64,000 bases of DNA from an uncultured Desulfatitalea sp. Lineage in GTDB: Bacteria > Desulfobacterota > Desulfobacteria > Desulfobacterales > Desulfosarcinaceae. This document shows, piece by piece, positions 52,601 through 62,486 of the stretch. Under the pieces are notes generated by a model. The model was not told the origin of the DNA and made no database searches. It saw nothing but the letters and a program-made list of their open reading frames with translations. Within the stretch, counting starts at the first letter, position 1, and every line of letters starts with the position of its first letter. The DNA lies in NCBI GenBank assembly GCA_963668675.2, contig CAXXMB010000002.1:3040001-3104000 (forward strand), read 5' to 3'. A program made the position numbers and the translations under genes.

Positions 52601-54463
52601 ACCGTCAATCCAGCGCTGGAAATCTGAGATGCCGCAACGGTCTGATCCAATCCGATTAGGTCGGGGACTGTGACCATTCGGATAGTAGCGGTAACGATCA
52701 CCTGGTCGAAGGTGCTCGTTGAAATGCCGTCAGAGACAATTAGCTCGAAAACATATGTGCCTTCCATATCCGTGGAAAAAGTTGGGTTGACGGAGTCTAC
52801 CCCCGATAATACCGCGTTGCTGTTAGCGGGAAGATCTTCTATCGCCCATGAGTATGTAATTTCATCACCATCAGGGTCGTGTGAGCCGCTGCCATCCAAT
52901 ACAACTGTTTCTCCCTGATAAGCGCCTATATCAATACCTGCATTGGCAATAGGCGTATCGTTAACGGGATTGACGGATACCGTCACAGTGCCCACACTTG
53001 TGCCGCCATTGCCATCACTGACTGTATAGGTAAACGCATCATCCCCGAAATAGTTCTCATTTGGTGAATATCCCAGGGTACCGTCTTCATTATTGGTGGC
53101 GATTCCATTGGCCGGCTGTGTGATGGATGCGATGGTTAACTCATCTGAATCCGGGTCTGTGTCGTTGGAAAGTACTGGAATCGCGGATATTGTATTGTCT
53201 TCGTCTGTTGTGATCACATCGTTCTGGGAAATTGGCGGGTTGTTTCCTGCACACGGTAGTATCTCAATGTTTTCAATTATGGCGTAAGTATCATAATCTG
53301 CGCATGAGCCGGCACTCCTGGCATATACGAGTATTTTATAGATACCCGCGGAATTACATGTTAGAACCCCGCTAAGTGTATTGTTGCTAGAATATTCTTG
53401 AGCAACGACCCATTCGTCTCCTGTGGACGGTCCTTTTACTTTGAATTTGTATTCAAAGTCACCTGAGCCGCCTTCGGCCAAGGCAGTGAATACAACCGTT
53501 GTTCCCGGTTGCAGCGGGCTTTCGTGCGATGCTGTAAGGTTTACGACTGTCACCGGCAGTGGCAGCACTTCAAAGTATTGCGTTTGATAAACCTCGTCAT
53601 CGGATTCCGATTTGATGCTTCGGGCGTAGACATAAATCTTGTTGCCGCAAAGATCGTCAGTGGTCGTGTCCCAGGACCAACTGTTGCTGGTTGAATAGTC
53701 TTGCATTACCTGAAATTCGTTCGATGTCGCCGGCCCTTTCATTGCAAATTTGTATTCATAGTTGCCAGTACTACCCTCAGCCAGGGCAGTGAATACAACC
53801 GTTGTTCCCGGTTGAACAGGACTGTCATGTGATGCTGTTAAGTTCACATTCATTTCCTGCCCCGCTGAAACAACAAAACTAATTGGGGTTCCATATTCGA
53901 CGACACTACCAGCGGGAATACTTTGACTTATGACGTGTTCATAGGGAATGTCATCTGAATATTGTACTGATGATTCAGATAGCTCTAATTCTAAACCACT
54001 AACAAAGACCTCCAAAAGAACATCATTAAAAAAATCCATGTTAACAAAATTTGGAACTGTCACCGTTCCAGAAACAGCGACCGTAATAGTAACGGTATCT
54101 TCATCGCTTGCGCCAAAACAATCATGCACAACTAATTTTAGTTCAAATATACCGCCTATATCAGCCAAAAAAAGGGGGCTTTCAGAATTTTCGCCGAAAA
54201 TCATAGCACTACTGCCTTCTGGAAAAGTTTCGATAGTCCATGAGTACGTTATTTCTTCACCGTCAGGATCATATGAGCCACTGCCGTCTAAATAGATAAG
54301 GCTTCCAAATGGTGTAGATTGCTGTGGTACTGTTTGGTCCGGACCTGCATCAGCGATTGGTGGATTTGCGTTCGTCGCAAAAAACATTAGTCGCATTGCC
54401 GAAACTAAGCAATATCGATAGTAAACCAACAGCGAAAAATAGAGCAGTTTTTTTCAAAATCAT
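46642..54463 (-). CDS. Teneurin-like Rhs/YD-repeat polymorphic toxin (PKD, PASTA, Ig-like, NHL, YD shell, Gly-rich tip); signal peptide frameshifted at 54379-54384
   Basis: PPIADAGPDQ..LDGSGSYDPDG (PKD x2); VPDLIGL..VISQSP (PASTA x2); AGNGTVGYSGDGGPA NHL repeats; YD repeats; RFGYRDFDPDTGRWTAKDPIG..DPVNYIDPNG core; leader MILKKTALFFAVGLL from 54463. Confidence 0.92.
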
Positions 54464-54544
54464 AATTGCCTCTTTTTTGGAAGAACCCGTTTGAAGCATA
54501 AAAGCCACCCGATCTCTTTTTATTATTTGTCTTTGAAGACCATC

Positions 54545-54682
54545 TTTGGCGGCCTCGCACAAAATCCGTTCACACGTCATGCCGAACCCGGTCCGAGGTC
54601 CATAGCCAATCAAAAAAAGCATTTCGGTCTTTCCCGCTATGATGGAAAAATCACCAATACTACTGTTTACGAACGCATCATC
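54545..54682. repeat. Degenerate MITE-like relic
   Basis: Weakly inverted ends TTGGCGGCCTCGCACAAAA / TGTTTACGAACGCATCA around a GTCATGCCGAAC.. REP-like core. Confidence 0.35.
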
Positions 54683-54694
54683 CTTAAAACCGAC

Positions 54695-54820
54695 TTTATT
54701 AAACCGGCAATTTAATAAACCAACCTCCGTCATCCAGGACTTTATCCGGGATCCAGTAAGCGTCATTCCGGCTTTCGCTGGAATGACGCTTACTGGGTTT
54801 TTTAGTTGCAGGGCTAATAT
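54695..54820. mobile_element. MITE/REP-like element, copy 2
   Basis: TTTATTAAACCGGCAATT..GTCATCCAGGACTTTATCCGGGATCCAG..ATTCCGGCTTTCGCTGGAATGAC; homologous to 22405-22534. Confidence 0.75.
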
Positions 54821-55223
54821 TATAAAAGCACTGACTATGTGCTCTTTTAAACGAAATGGGGGCTCACCTTACTTCTTTTCAGTGTTGTGCTGTTTTACCA
54901 TCCGAAAGTTCGGCGGCTACAAAATTTAGTAGTACGAGTGGGTGCTTCTACTCACAGAAGCTACTAAGATGTAGAAGATAGTGAATTCAAATTCGATCCA
55001 ACAATGGTGTTTGCACAAACTTCTACCAACAAACCAGAGATGGCTGTGCCTGCAATTGATTTATATGTTGGTGCAAAGCCTAAAATATTATGGAAGGGTA
55101 ATGTTGGATACATTTGAAAAATTCATATGTCAACACAATTTTTACATGACAAAAGGCGTGCAAATTATTTAATACTCTTAGGCCAATGCTGGAAAAAATA
55201 AATTGGCAAATTATTCTAACTGA

Positions 55224-56746
55224 CTGAAGTTTCGCAGTTAAATATTTAAGGCAAAGAAAGGGATAATTTTCTGAAATAACTGGAAAAACAATTGAAAAGC
55301 GGCTCTGATTTTAGTATATTAGACATCGCCAAACACCTAATAATACTAAAGAAAAGAACCGCCATGAATCCAATTAGCTCATTTTCCCTCTCTTTGCAAA
55401 AGCAAATTAAAAACCAAAGCGTTTGTATTGACACTGAACTCAACCGCGCGTTCAGAGAGCTTAAGTTCAGGTCGCTTTTAAAGCGCAGCGGTATCACTAA
55501 AAACAAGGGATATGCGACGATATCATTGATGTTTCTATTCGTACTGCTTCCCTTTTTGAAAAGAACGTTAACCGATTTTTGGTCCAGTCGGTGCCTTGAA
55601 AATCAGATTGACGCTCAAAAAGACACTTTCTACCGGTTCATTAATCATGAGCGTTTCAATTGGAGAAAATTGGTCTACTTTCTGGCGTTAAAAGTCATTG
55701 CCCATAGCGAAGATACGCCGCTGAAAGAAAAAGTGCTGATCGCCGATGATTCGATAGCAGTCAAAACTGGTAAGGACATCGAGCTTGTCAGTTACCACTA
55801 CGATCACAAAGTGGGCCGTTCGATCTTAGGCAACTGCTATTTGCAACTGGGCTATCATAACGGGATCAATTTTTATCCCATTGATGTGGCCTTGGTCAGC
55901 TCGTCGAATCGGCCCAATAATCGGTTACGGGCAATTGATAAACGCACCTGCGGTTGGAAACGGCGAAAAGAGGCTCTGGATAAAAAGACCACCGCACTGT
56001 TGCAAATGGTTGACCGGGCATGGCACGCGGGCATTGACGCCTCGTTTGTCCTGTTCGACAGCTGGTTTGCACATGATGCCATTATCAGCAGCATTTGCGC
56101 GAGCGGTTACGGTGTGATCTGCCGGTTAAAAAGAAGCCGGGCTAAATACGGCTATCAGGGCCAAAAATACACGCTCAAGCAATTGTGGCAGCAGGTGGCC
56201 AAAAACAAAACCTGCTGGCTGTCGCAACACCACGTAAAAGGTGTTTGCCTCAATGTAACCTTGCCCAAGACAGGTGATGTGCGATTACTGTTTGTCTCCG
56301 ATGGCCACAAAGAGTGGCAGGCGTTGCTTTGTACCGATCTTGAGATGGAAGCATCACAGATCCTTTGCTACTATGCACGCCGCTGGAGCATTGAGGTCTT
56401 TTTTAAGGATGCAAAACAGATGTTGTATATGGCAAAGGAGCAAAGCAATACCTTTGATGCGTTGATCGCCTGCCACAGTCTGGTGATGATCCGCTACCTG
56501 CTGCTGGTCTACATCCTGGGCAAACGCAGGTTAACCGGGGCTGTAGGCCCTTTGTTCAGAGAAATGGCAGACGATCAAAGCCTGCTGTTGATGGCCCAAT
56601 CGCTGTGGGCAAATGTCAAAGAGCTGATTATCAGGTCAAGTGATGTACTTTGCTACAAAATCGAACCTGATACTTTGTTCCATTTTATCGATATTATTGA
56701 GGATGCTATTATTAAGCAGACGCGGTTAGCTTCTGCGAAACTTTAG
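55224..56746 (+). mobile_element. IS4-superfamily (IS4/IS701-like) insertion sequence
   Basis: TIR CTGAAGTTTCGCAG / CTGCGAAACTTTAG (13/14); 7-bp TSD TAACTGA at 55217-55223 and 56747-56753. Confidence 0.92.
55364..56746 (+). CDS. DDE transposase
   Basis: LIADDS, VLFDSWF, YARRWSIEVFFKDAKQ (Y-2-R-3-E-6-K); stop codon lies inside the right TIR. Confidence 0.92.
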   Translation: MNPISSFSLSLQKQIKNQSVCIDTELNRAFRELKFRSLLKRSGITKNKGYATISLMFLFVLLPFLKRTLTDFWSSRCLENQIDAQKDTFYRFINHERFNWRKLVYFLALKVIAHSEDTPLKEKVLIADDSIAVKTGKDIELVSYHYDHKVGRSILGNCYLQLGYHNGINFYPIDVALVSSSNRPNNRLRAIDKRTCGWKRRKEALDKKTTALLQMVDRAWHAGIDASFVLFDSWFAHDAIISSICASGYGVICRLKRSRAKYGYQGQKYTLKQLWQQVAKNKTCWLSQHHVKGVCLNVTLPKTGDVRLLFVSDGHKEWQALLCTDLEMEASQILCYYARRWSIEVFFKDAKQMLYMAKEQSNTFDALIACHSLVMIRYLLLVYILGKRRLTGAVGPLFREMADDQSLLLMAQSLWANVKELIIRSSDVLCYKIEPDTLFHFIDIIEDAIIKQTRLASAKL

Positions 56747-57268
56747 TAACTGATTATAGGAAGCAAAGCACAGCTGCTTTTACTAAAGTCAATGGTGAAT
56801 ATTAAATATTTGTTAGCGTATTCTTGTTGAAAATATTTGATTTGGAAACATCTTTTTTCCCAAATCTGGTCATAGCTGAAAGAAGGACGCATTTTGGTTT
56901 TCATCATCACAGTCCAGACAGTTTTTGGGTTTCTTCCTTTCTATGCGGCTTATCCTTTGGGGCAACGGTTGGACCAAAGTGAAATACAAAGGGACCGAAC
57001 CAAAATGAGCATCCTCGTTGTTTTTCCTCCTGTTTACCTCCCCATAACCGGCGAGCAATCGCACGGTGAGGCTTTGCAATATCCTAACGGCTATTGGGAC
57101 ATGTGGTGGGTTCGGGATGACGAGAATTGGTATGCTATATGGCAGGATTGATACTTGAGCTGCGCTATGTTGAGGGTACTTGTATTCGAACGGTGATGTC
57201 GCTATATATGAAAATAGGTCGAAGGGTACTATGAGTATTCATGAACATACAGGATTAAGAAGGGTACC

Positions 57269-57793
57269 ATGGCTGAGATCAAGAGCACGCTGGACCTGGT
57301 GATGGAGAAGACCCGGAACTTAAGGTTCAGTTCGGAGGAGAAGAGAGAGATTCAGATGGAGGAGGCGAGTAGGGCCTTCAACGGTCTCTTGCAGAAATAT
57401 TTAGATGGGCAATTGGAGTTGGAAGCCGTGCAGCGGGGTGTCGCCGGGCTGGAACAGAAGCATGAGTTGAGTGACCGCGGGGTGCTTCGGAAGGTCGTTG
57501 TTGAGAAGCTTGCGCCGGAGTCGATGAGCGGGCCTCTTCTGATTCTGCTCGAACAGGTGTTCGGCTGCGATACCACTGCCCTTCGTGCGCTCGGTAAGGA
57601 TTACCGGAATGAAATGGCCACCCGCGCCGATGACCGTCGTCGGGAGCTCGCGGCCTATCTTGAAGAGCGTTATGAGGTGGCGGGTACGGCTGTCGCTCCC
57701 AATTTGGAGGCAGATGCCAAGTGGTTGGATGAAGCCGCCACGCTGCATGGGTTGTATGCCGTGAAGCTGCAAGAGGAGAAGGCGAGGCTATAG
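57269..57793 (+). CDS. Hypothetical helical protein
   Basis: MAEIKSTLDLVMEKT..GTAVAPNLE; clean ORF with RBS. Confidence 0.8.
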   Translation: MAEIKSTLDLVMEKTRNLRFSSEEKREIQMEEASRAFNGLLQKYLDGQLELEAVQRGVAGLEQKHELSDRGVLRKVVVEKLAPESMSGPLLILLEQVFGCDTTALRALGKDYRNEMATRADDRRRELAAYLEERYEVAGTAVAPNLEADAKWLDEAATLHGLYAVKLQEEKARL

Positions 57794-58453
57794 GTAGCCG
57801 AGGTATGCGCGTTTCACTCTTTTAAAATTGTCTTGAATCTCTTTTTCTCCGGATATGATATCACCATGTCCAGGCAACAGGTGGTGTGCCGGCAATTCTG
57901 CCATCCGGGCAATGCTGTTTTTTAATTGCATCTCATCCCCGCCGGGCAGATCGGTTCGTCCGATGCCGCCTTTGAACACCAGGTCGCCGGTAAAAAGAAC
58001 CTTCTGAAGGGGCCAATAGAAGCACACCGATCCTGGAGAGTGGCCGGGGGTGTGGTGAACCGTCAAGCCGGTGTCGCCGATATTGAGTTCGCCTTCGTTC
58101 AGCAACAAATCCGGCGTCAGATCTTCGAGGGAGAATCCGCCCGCCGCACTCAGCTGCGGAGCCATCTGCTTGACCAATTCCCAATCGTCGCTGTGCATCG
58201 CGAAGAGGGCGCCGGCGCGTTTGAGGAGCTGGACGGCTTCGATGTGGTCCGGATGGGCGTGGGTGCACATCACCACGTCGATGTCGGCGATGGTCAGGTT
58301 CAGTTCCTGCAACCCCTTCTCCACGTGGTCGAAGTAGGGGGAGTGGCCTGGATCGATCAGGATGCGCCTGGATCGGTCGATCAGGTAGCAGTTGCAGTTG
58401 TTGGCCGACATGGAGCGCCAGATGAAGGCATGCAGATGATCGCATACGTGCAT
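57788..58453 (-). CDS. MBL-fold metallo-hydrolase
   Basis: THAHPDH, HTPGHSPGS, FTGDLVF, GRTDLPGG, PGHG. Confidence 0.93.
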   Translation of the reverse strand: MHVCDHLHAFIWRSMSANNCNCYLIDRSRRILIDPGHSPYFDHVEKGLQELNLTIADIDVVMCTHAHPDHIEAVQLLKRAGALFAMHSDDWELVKQMAPQLSAAGGFSLEDLTPDLLLNEGELNIGDTGLTVHHTPGHSPGSVCFYWPLQKVLFTGDLVFKGGIGRTDLPGGDEMQLKNSIARMAELPAHHLLPGHGDIISGEKEIQDNFKRVKRAYLGYL

Positions 58454-58637
58454 TTGAATAGATCTCCTTGTCCTCTGTGGATGCGATTTAACCTTTTTCG
58501 GGTCGTATATAGCATTTTCCGCAAGGCGCTGCAAAGTGACTTGCCAACTGCAGGGCATTCCCGGTTCAATGCCGGGCCAAAAGGTGATACAGATGGCCGA
58601 TGAATCACCGATGCTGTTTAAACGCGATGGACAGGCC

Positions 58638-59600
58638 ATGGATCAGCGAATAGAGGACAAGTATCACCGCCAGGCCGGGATGCTGGCCAACAGGGTTAAG
58701 AAGCGCTTTCGCCACCTGCACAAGCGGTTCGAAAAGGCCGATATCGAGGTGTTCCGGCTCTACGACTGGGATATTCCGGAGATCCGCGCCGTGGTCGATT
58801 GGTATGCCGGCCATCTGGTGGTCGGTGAGTACACCCGCAAGCAATCGACACCCGAGTGGCTGCCGATGATGGGCGCGGCGGTGGGTAGGGCGCTGGGGGT
58901 GCCCCAGGACAGCATCCACCTGAAGGAGCGTTATTACGGTAAGACGGAAGGCCGGCGCTATGAGCGCATCGACCACACGGACCGCATGTTCGCCGTCTCC
59001 GAAAGGGATCTGAAATTTCTGGTCAACCCGTGGGATTATGTGGATACTGGCCTGTTTGCCGACCATCGCAACACACGCCAGATGGTGAGGGAGATGGCTG
59101 CGGGCAAGGCGTTTTTAAATCTATTTTGCTACACCGGGTCGTTCTCATGCTACGCGGCCAGCGGCGGCGCCCGGCTGACCGTCTCGGTGGATCGCTCCAA
59201 GACGGCCATTCGCTGGGCTCGCCGGAACTACGAACTCAACGGGCTCTCCGAAAAGGAGCATCGGCTGGTCCAGGCGCATGTCTTTGAATTTCTTTCAGCC
59301 GCCAGGAGCAAAGCGCAGCGTTTCGATATCGCCGTGGTCGATCCGCCTTCGTTCTACGCTATCGAGAGCGAGGAGGAATCGTTCGATGTGGTGGCCGATC
59401 ATGTGCGGCTGTTGAGGGACGTGTCGGCGCTCATGCACCCGGGGGCGACCCTTTTCTTCTCCACCAATCACCAGAACTTCACTTCCCGTCTTGAGGAGCT
59501 GGACGCTGCCGACATAAGTGAAATCACATCGCGCACCATACCCGAGGATTATATCCACAAACGCAAACGCATCCACCGGTGCTGGCGCATCATCGTCTGA
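58638..59600 (+). CDS. RlmK/RlmI-like SAM-dependent rRNA methyltransferase
   Basis: FRLYDWDIPE, DYVDTGLFADHR, FLNLFCYTGSFS, VVDPPSF, FFSTN. Confidence 0.88.
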   Translation: MDQRIEDKYHRQAGMLANRVKKRFRHLHKRFEKADIEVFRLYDWDIPEIRAVVDWYAGHLVVGEYTRKQSTPEWLPMMGAAVGRALGVPQDSIHLKERYYGKTEGRRYERIDHTDRMFAVSERDLKFLVNPWDYVDTGLFADHRNTRQMVREMAAGKAFLNLFCYTGSFSCYAASGGARLTVSVDRSKTAIRWARRNYELNGLSEKEHRLVQAHVFEFLSAARSKAQRFDIAVVDPPSFYAIESEEESFDVVADHVRLLRDVSALMHPGATLFFSTNHQNFTSRLEELDAADISEITSRTIPEDYIHKRKRIHRCWRIIV

Positions 59601-59606
59601 TAGAGG

Positions 59607-60527
59607 CTACATCGATCCTGAGCGAACGATGACGGCCATCATAGCCTCTTCTTCCTTGAAGTCGGCTACTGCTTCGGCCGCCGCTTCCCGTGTAGCGAAT
59701 TGACCAAAACGCACCATGTAAAACGACCGCTGCTGCGCGTCGGTCACTTCATAGATGTAGGCGGTGTAACCGCGCTGTTCCATATCGGCGAGTTGCGTTT
59801 CGGCGTACGCCTTGTTCCGATAGGCGCCCACTTGAATTGCGAATCCCTGGGGCTTGGGTTGCATCTGTCGGGCCGACTCAGTCGGTTGTTCTTCTTCCTT
59901 GGGCGCCTCGCTGGTCTTTTCGGCCTGGCCGGCAAGGGTATCCGGAGCGGTCTCATCACCCTTTGTCTGGGGGGCGGGCGTCGCTGACATCGGGTTTACA
60001 GGTGCAGGCGCGGCCGGTGATGTCTCTTTATGAGGGCCCGGTGCGGCGGGGCCTTTCGCCGTCGCTTCGGCAGGTGCTGGGGCGGTTGTGGTGTCGGCCT
60101 GTCGGACAGCCGTCGTCACGGTTGGCGCCGGGGGCGACTGTGGCACTGATTGGGGCGCCTCATCGGTCGATTGGGCAACCGCCGTCGATGCCGTTTCAGT
60201 CGTCTCCTGGCCTGTTGAACTCTCCTCCCCGGGTGTCGTGACGTTGCCATCCGCCCCGGCCGCATCTTCGGTCGTCGACGGCTCCTCGGCTGCCGGCTCA
60301 GGCGGCGGCATCACCACAGGCATGGGCGGCACCTTGGCCCTTACGACAGCAGGTGGCGGGGTTTTGGCAGCCGGTTTGGGAAAGAACATGATGGCCAGGC
60401 CCACTGCCACTGCGACGATAACAATGGTCACCAACCATCCCCATGGGATGGAACCTCTCATCTTTTGGGGAGACGTGCGCTTCAACGTATCTACCTCCAC
60501 TCTATTTGGGGCGATTTGAAATAACAT
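59607..60527 (-). CDS. SPOR-domain membrane-anchored protein
   Basis: TM helix, Pro/Ala/Thr linker, FAIQVGAY..YMVRFGQFATREAA. Confidence 0.88.
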   Translation of the reverse strand: MLFQIAPNRVEVDTLKRTSPQKMRGSIPWGWLVTIVIVAVAVGLAIMFFPKPAAKTPPPAVVRAKVPPMPVVMPPPEPAAEEPSTTEDAAGADGNVTTPGEESSTGQETTETASTAVAQSTDEAPQSVPQSPPAPTVTTAVRQADTTTAPAPAEATAKGPAAPGPHKETSPAAPAPVNPMSATPAPQTKGDETAPDTLAGQAEKTSEAPKEEEQPTESARQMQPKPQGFAIQVGAYRNKAYAETQLADMEQRGYTAYIYEVTDAQQRSFYMVRFGQFATREAAAEAVADFKEEEAMMAVIVRSGSM

Positions 60528-60586
60528 AGTGTCCGCCCCAATCAGCGATAGCCGTTGCGGCGGCGGTAGAATGATGGTGCAAGTGG

Positions 60587-61705
60587 TTACGCAGCGCTTA
60601 CCATCGATCCGTCGGTTCTGCTTCGCTGCGGTTGTTTTTCCCTCAGAATATACCCCTTTTTGGCCATATGCAAAGTCAATAATGCATCCATTCCATTAAA
60701 TAAGAGCAACACGATCACGCCGACTGCACCACCACCGGCCTCATCGCCGAGCATCATGGAGAGGGCCAGGAGCCATATGATCACGCCGCCGAGCACTTCG
60801 AAGCTGCCGATGACGCGATGCCCCAGATAGATGTCTCCCCAGCCGGGTAATAAGAGCGAACGCAAGGCTGCGCTCTTGGGGGGCTTGAACGGCGCCTGGC
60901 AGTGGGGGCAGGCGTTGAGCTTGGCGGGCAGTGGCACGAAACAGGACGGACACAGGTTGTCCTGCAACTTTTCGGAGGGGGCGCCCACGTGCCCGGTGCT
61001 GATTCGATCGGAGATCCACAGTTTCATCTCTTTGGCCAGCGCTCGCTTTAACCCGGTGAAGATACGCTGCCTGCCCTGTTTGCGTTTTAGAATGAGGCCG
61101 GTGCCGAAAAGGCCTCTGGAGACCTTTTTGATATCGCCATATGGAAATTGGAACAGGTAGTTAGCCGGTTTGGTGAGCCGATAGTTGGTATTGACGGCCA
61201 GCAGTCGTCGGTCGGTGGCCACTAACACATAGCGGTTGTAGAGCATGGTCAGCACCCCATTGCCCAAAAGGATCTCCAGGGGGTAATAGCCCAATCCGGT
61301 GGCGATGCCCGTCACCTGTTCGCCCTCGTCGAGAAGCCGGTCGACCACGGGTTTGACCAGATCCAGAAGTTTGACTTTGAGTTTGTTCAGACGGGTATTG
61401 TAACTCGATCTCTTGTTCGGTTTGAAAACTTGGTCGATTTGGTACACGCCGGTATCGTATGAGGCGAGTTGGGGGTAGGGTTCAAGGATCTCACTGGCAA
61501 TCGATTTTGGCCGCAGACCGTTGTCGCCTCTTTTCGCCTGGCGTTGGAGGGGGGGCTTGTCTGCCCTTGTTTTTGCCGACGCGGCAGGTGGGGCTATCGG
61601 AATGCGGTATTCGCACCGTTTGCACTTCAACACCGCCTTCTGTGCTGGAACGCGGTGGTCCGGAATTTCATATGTGGCATTGCATTGCGGGCAGATCAGG
61701 TCCAT
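60587..61705 (-). CDS. Zinc-ribbon (MJ0042-type) membrane protein
   Basis: CPQCNATY..KCKRC; PH-like VLVATDRRLL; CPSC..CPHC; SLLLPGWGDIYLG TM2-like tail. Confidence 0.8.
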   Translation of the reverse strand: MDLICPQCNATYEIPDHRVPAQKAVLKCKRCEYRIPIAPPAASAKTRADKPPLQRQAKRGDNGLRPKSIASEILEPYPQLASYDTGVYQIDQVFKPNKRSSYNTRLNKLKVKLLDLVKPVVDRLLDEGEQVTGIATGLGYYPLEILLGNGVLTMLYNRYVLVATDRRLLAVNTNYRLTKPANYLFQFPYGDIKKVSRGLFGTGLILKRKQGRQRIFTGLKRALAKEMKLWISDRISTGHVGAPSEKLQDNLCPSCFVPLPAKLNACPHCQAPFKPPKSAALRSLLLPGWGDIYLGHRVIGSFEVLGGVIIWLLALSMMLGDEAGGGAVGVIVLLLFNGMDALLTLHMAKKGYILREKQPQRSRTDGSMVSAA

Positions 61706-61979
61706 GATCTTTTCCTTTTCGCGGTTAACGTGAAAGCGCTTAGGGCATATCTTGCCCACAGCGCAATCAAATTGTTGCAGCAAGAATCCTGCCACCGTCT
61801 ATACCTATGGATATAACTAAAATACAGTATGTTAAAATTCAGCCTCTGTATGTGATCCCGGCCTGGGTGACAAAAATGGTCCATTAGACGGCTTTTGGCG
61901 GCAGTTTTCATGCTATGGGGTTGATCTCCGGCGAACCCGCATTTATAATCCGTCCTCTTCGCTTTAGGATTCCAAAACC

Positions 61980-62240
61980 ATGAGGGGGACATTTTTGCGC
62001 AAAAGACCACTTACGCCCGGATATGTTTTTTTCTACCTTCTTTTTCTGCCCGATACCTGGCAGATTGTTATTGCCGTTGCCGCCGCGCTCGTGGTGGCGC
62101 CTCACCTCTTGAGGCCAGACATGGGACCCGCTGGGATGGCCATCGTTCACGTCATGATCGCCGGTATCGTCTATGTGATCAGCGCACCCGTCGGACGGCG
62201 GATCTCTCAATATCTGCAGAAATTTATTCTGAAGAAATGA
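61980..62240 (+). CDS. Small membrane protein
   Basis: 86 aa hydrophobic ORF. Confidence 0.65.
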   Translation: MRGTFLRKRPLTPGYVFFYLLFLPDTWQIVIAVAAALVVAPHLLRPDMGPAGMAIVHVMIAGIVYVISAPVGRRISQYLQKFILKK

Positions 62241-62486
62241 AACCTCGAGTAAGGGATTGTCGAAGGCGAAATCGGCGATCGATAGAACGAACGCTCGTTA
62301 TTATTCGTTGACGCTCATACCCCAACCTGGTATTTTCTTCCTTACTGAACGAAGTTCATTAGATAACCTTGAAGATGGTTTAAATCCTTCATTTGAAAAG
62401 GGGCCGGCCTATCTGCTCCATACGCTTGCCCCGGTAGACCCGCAGCTCCTCTAAAAGGGGCGGCCTGATCCTTGAAAGGCAGAGAT

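Noticed and set aside
56870..57151. Short ORFs on both strands after the IS
   Set aside because: No motifs and conflicting strands; cannot be supported
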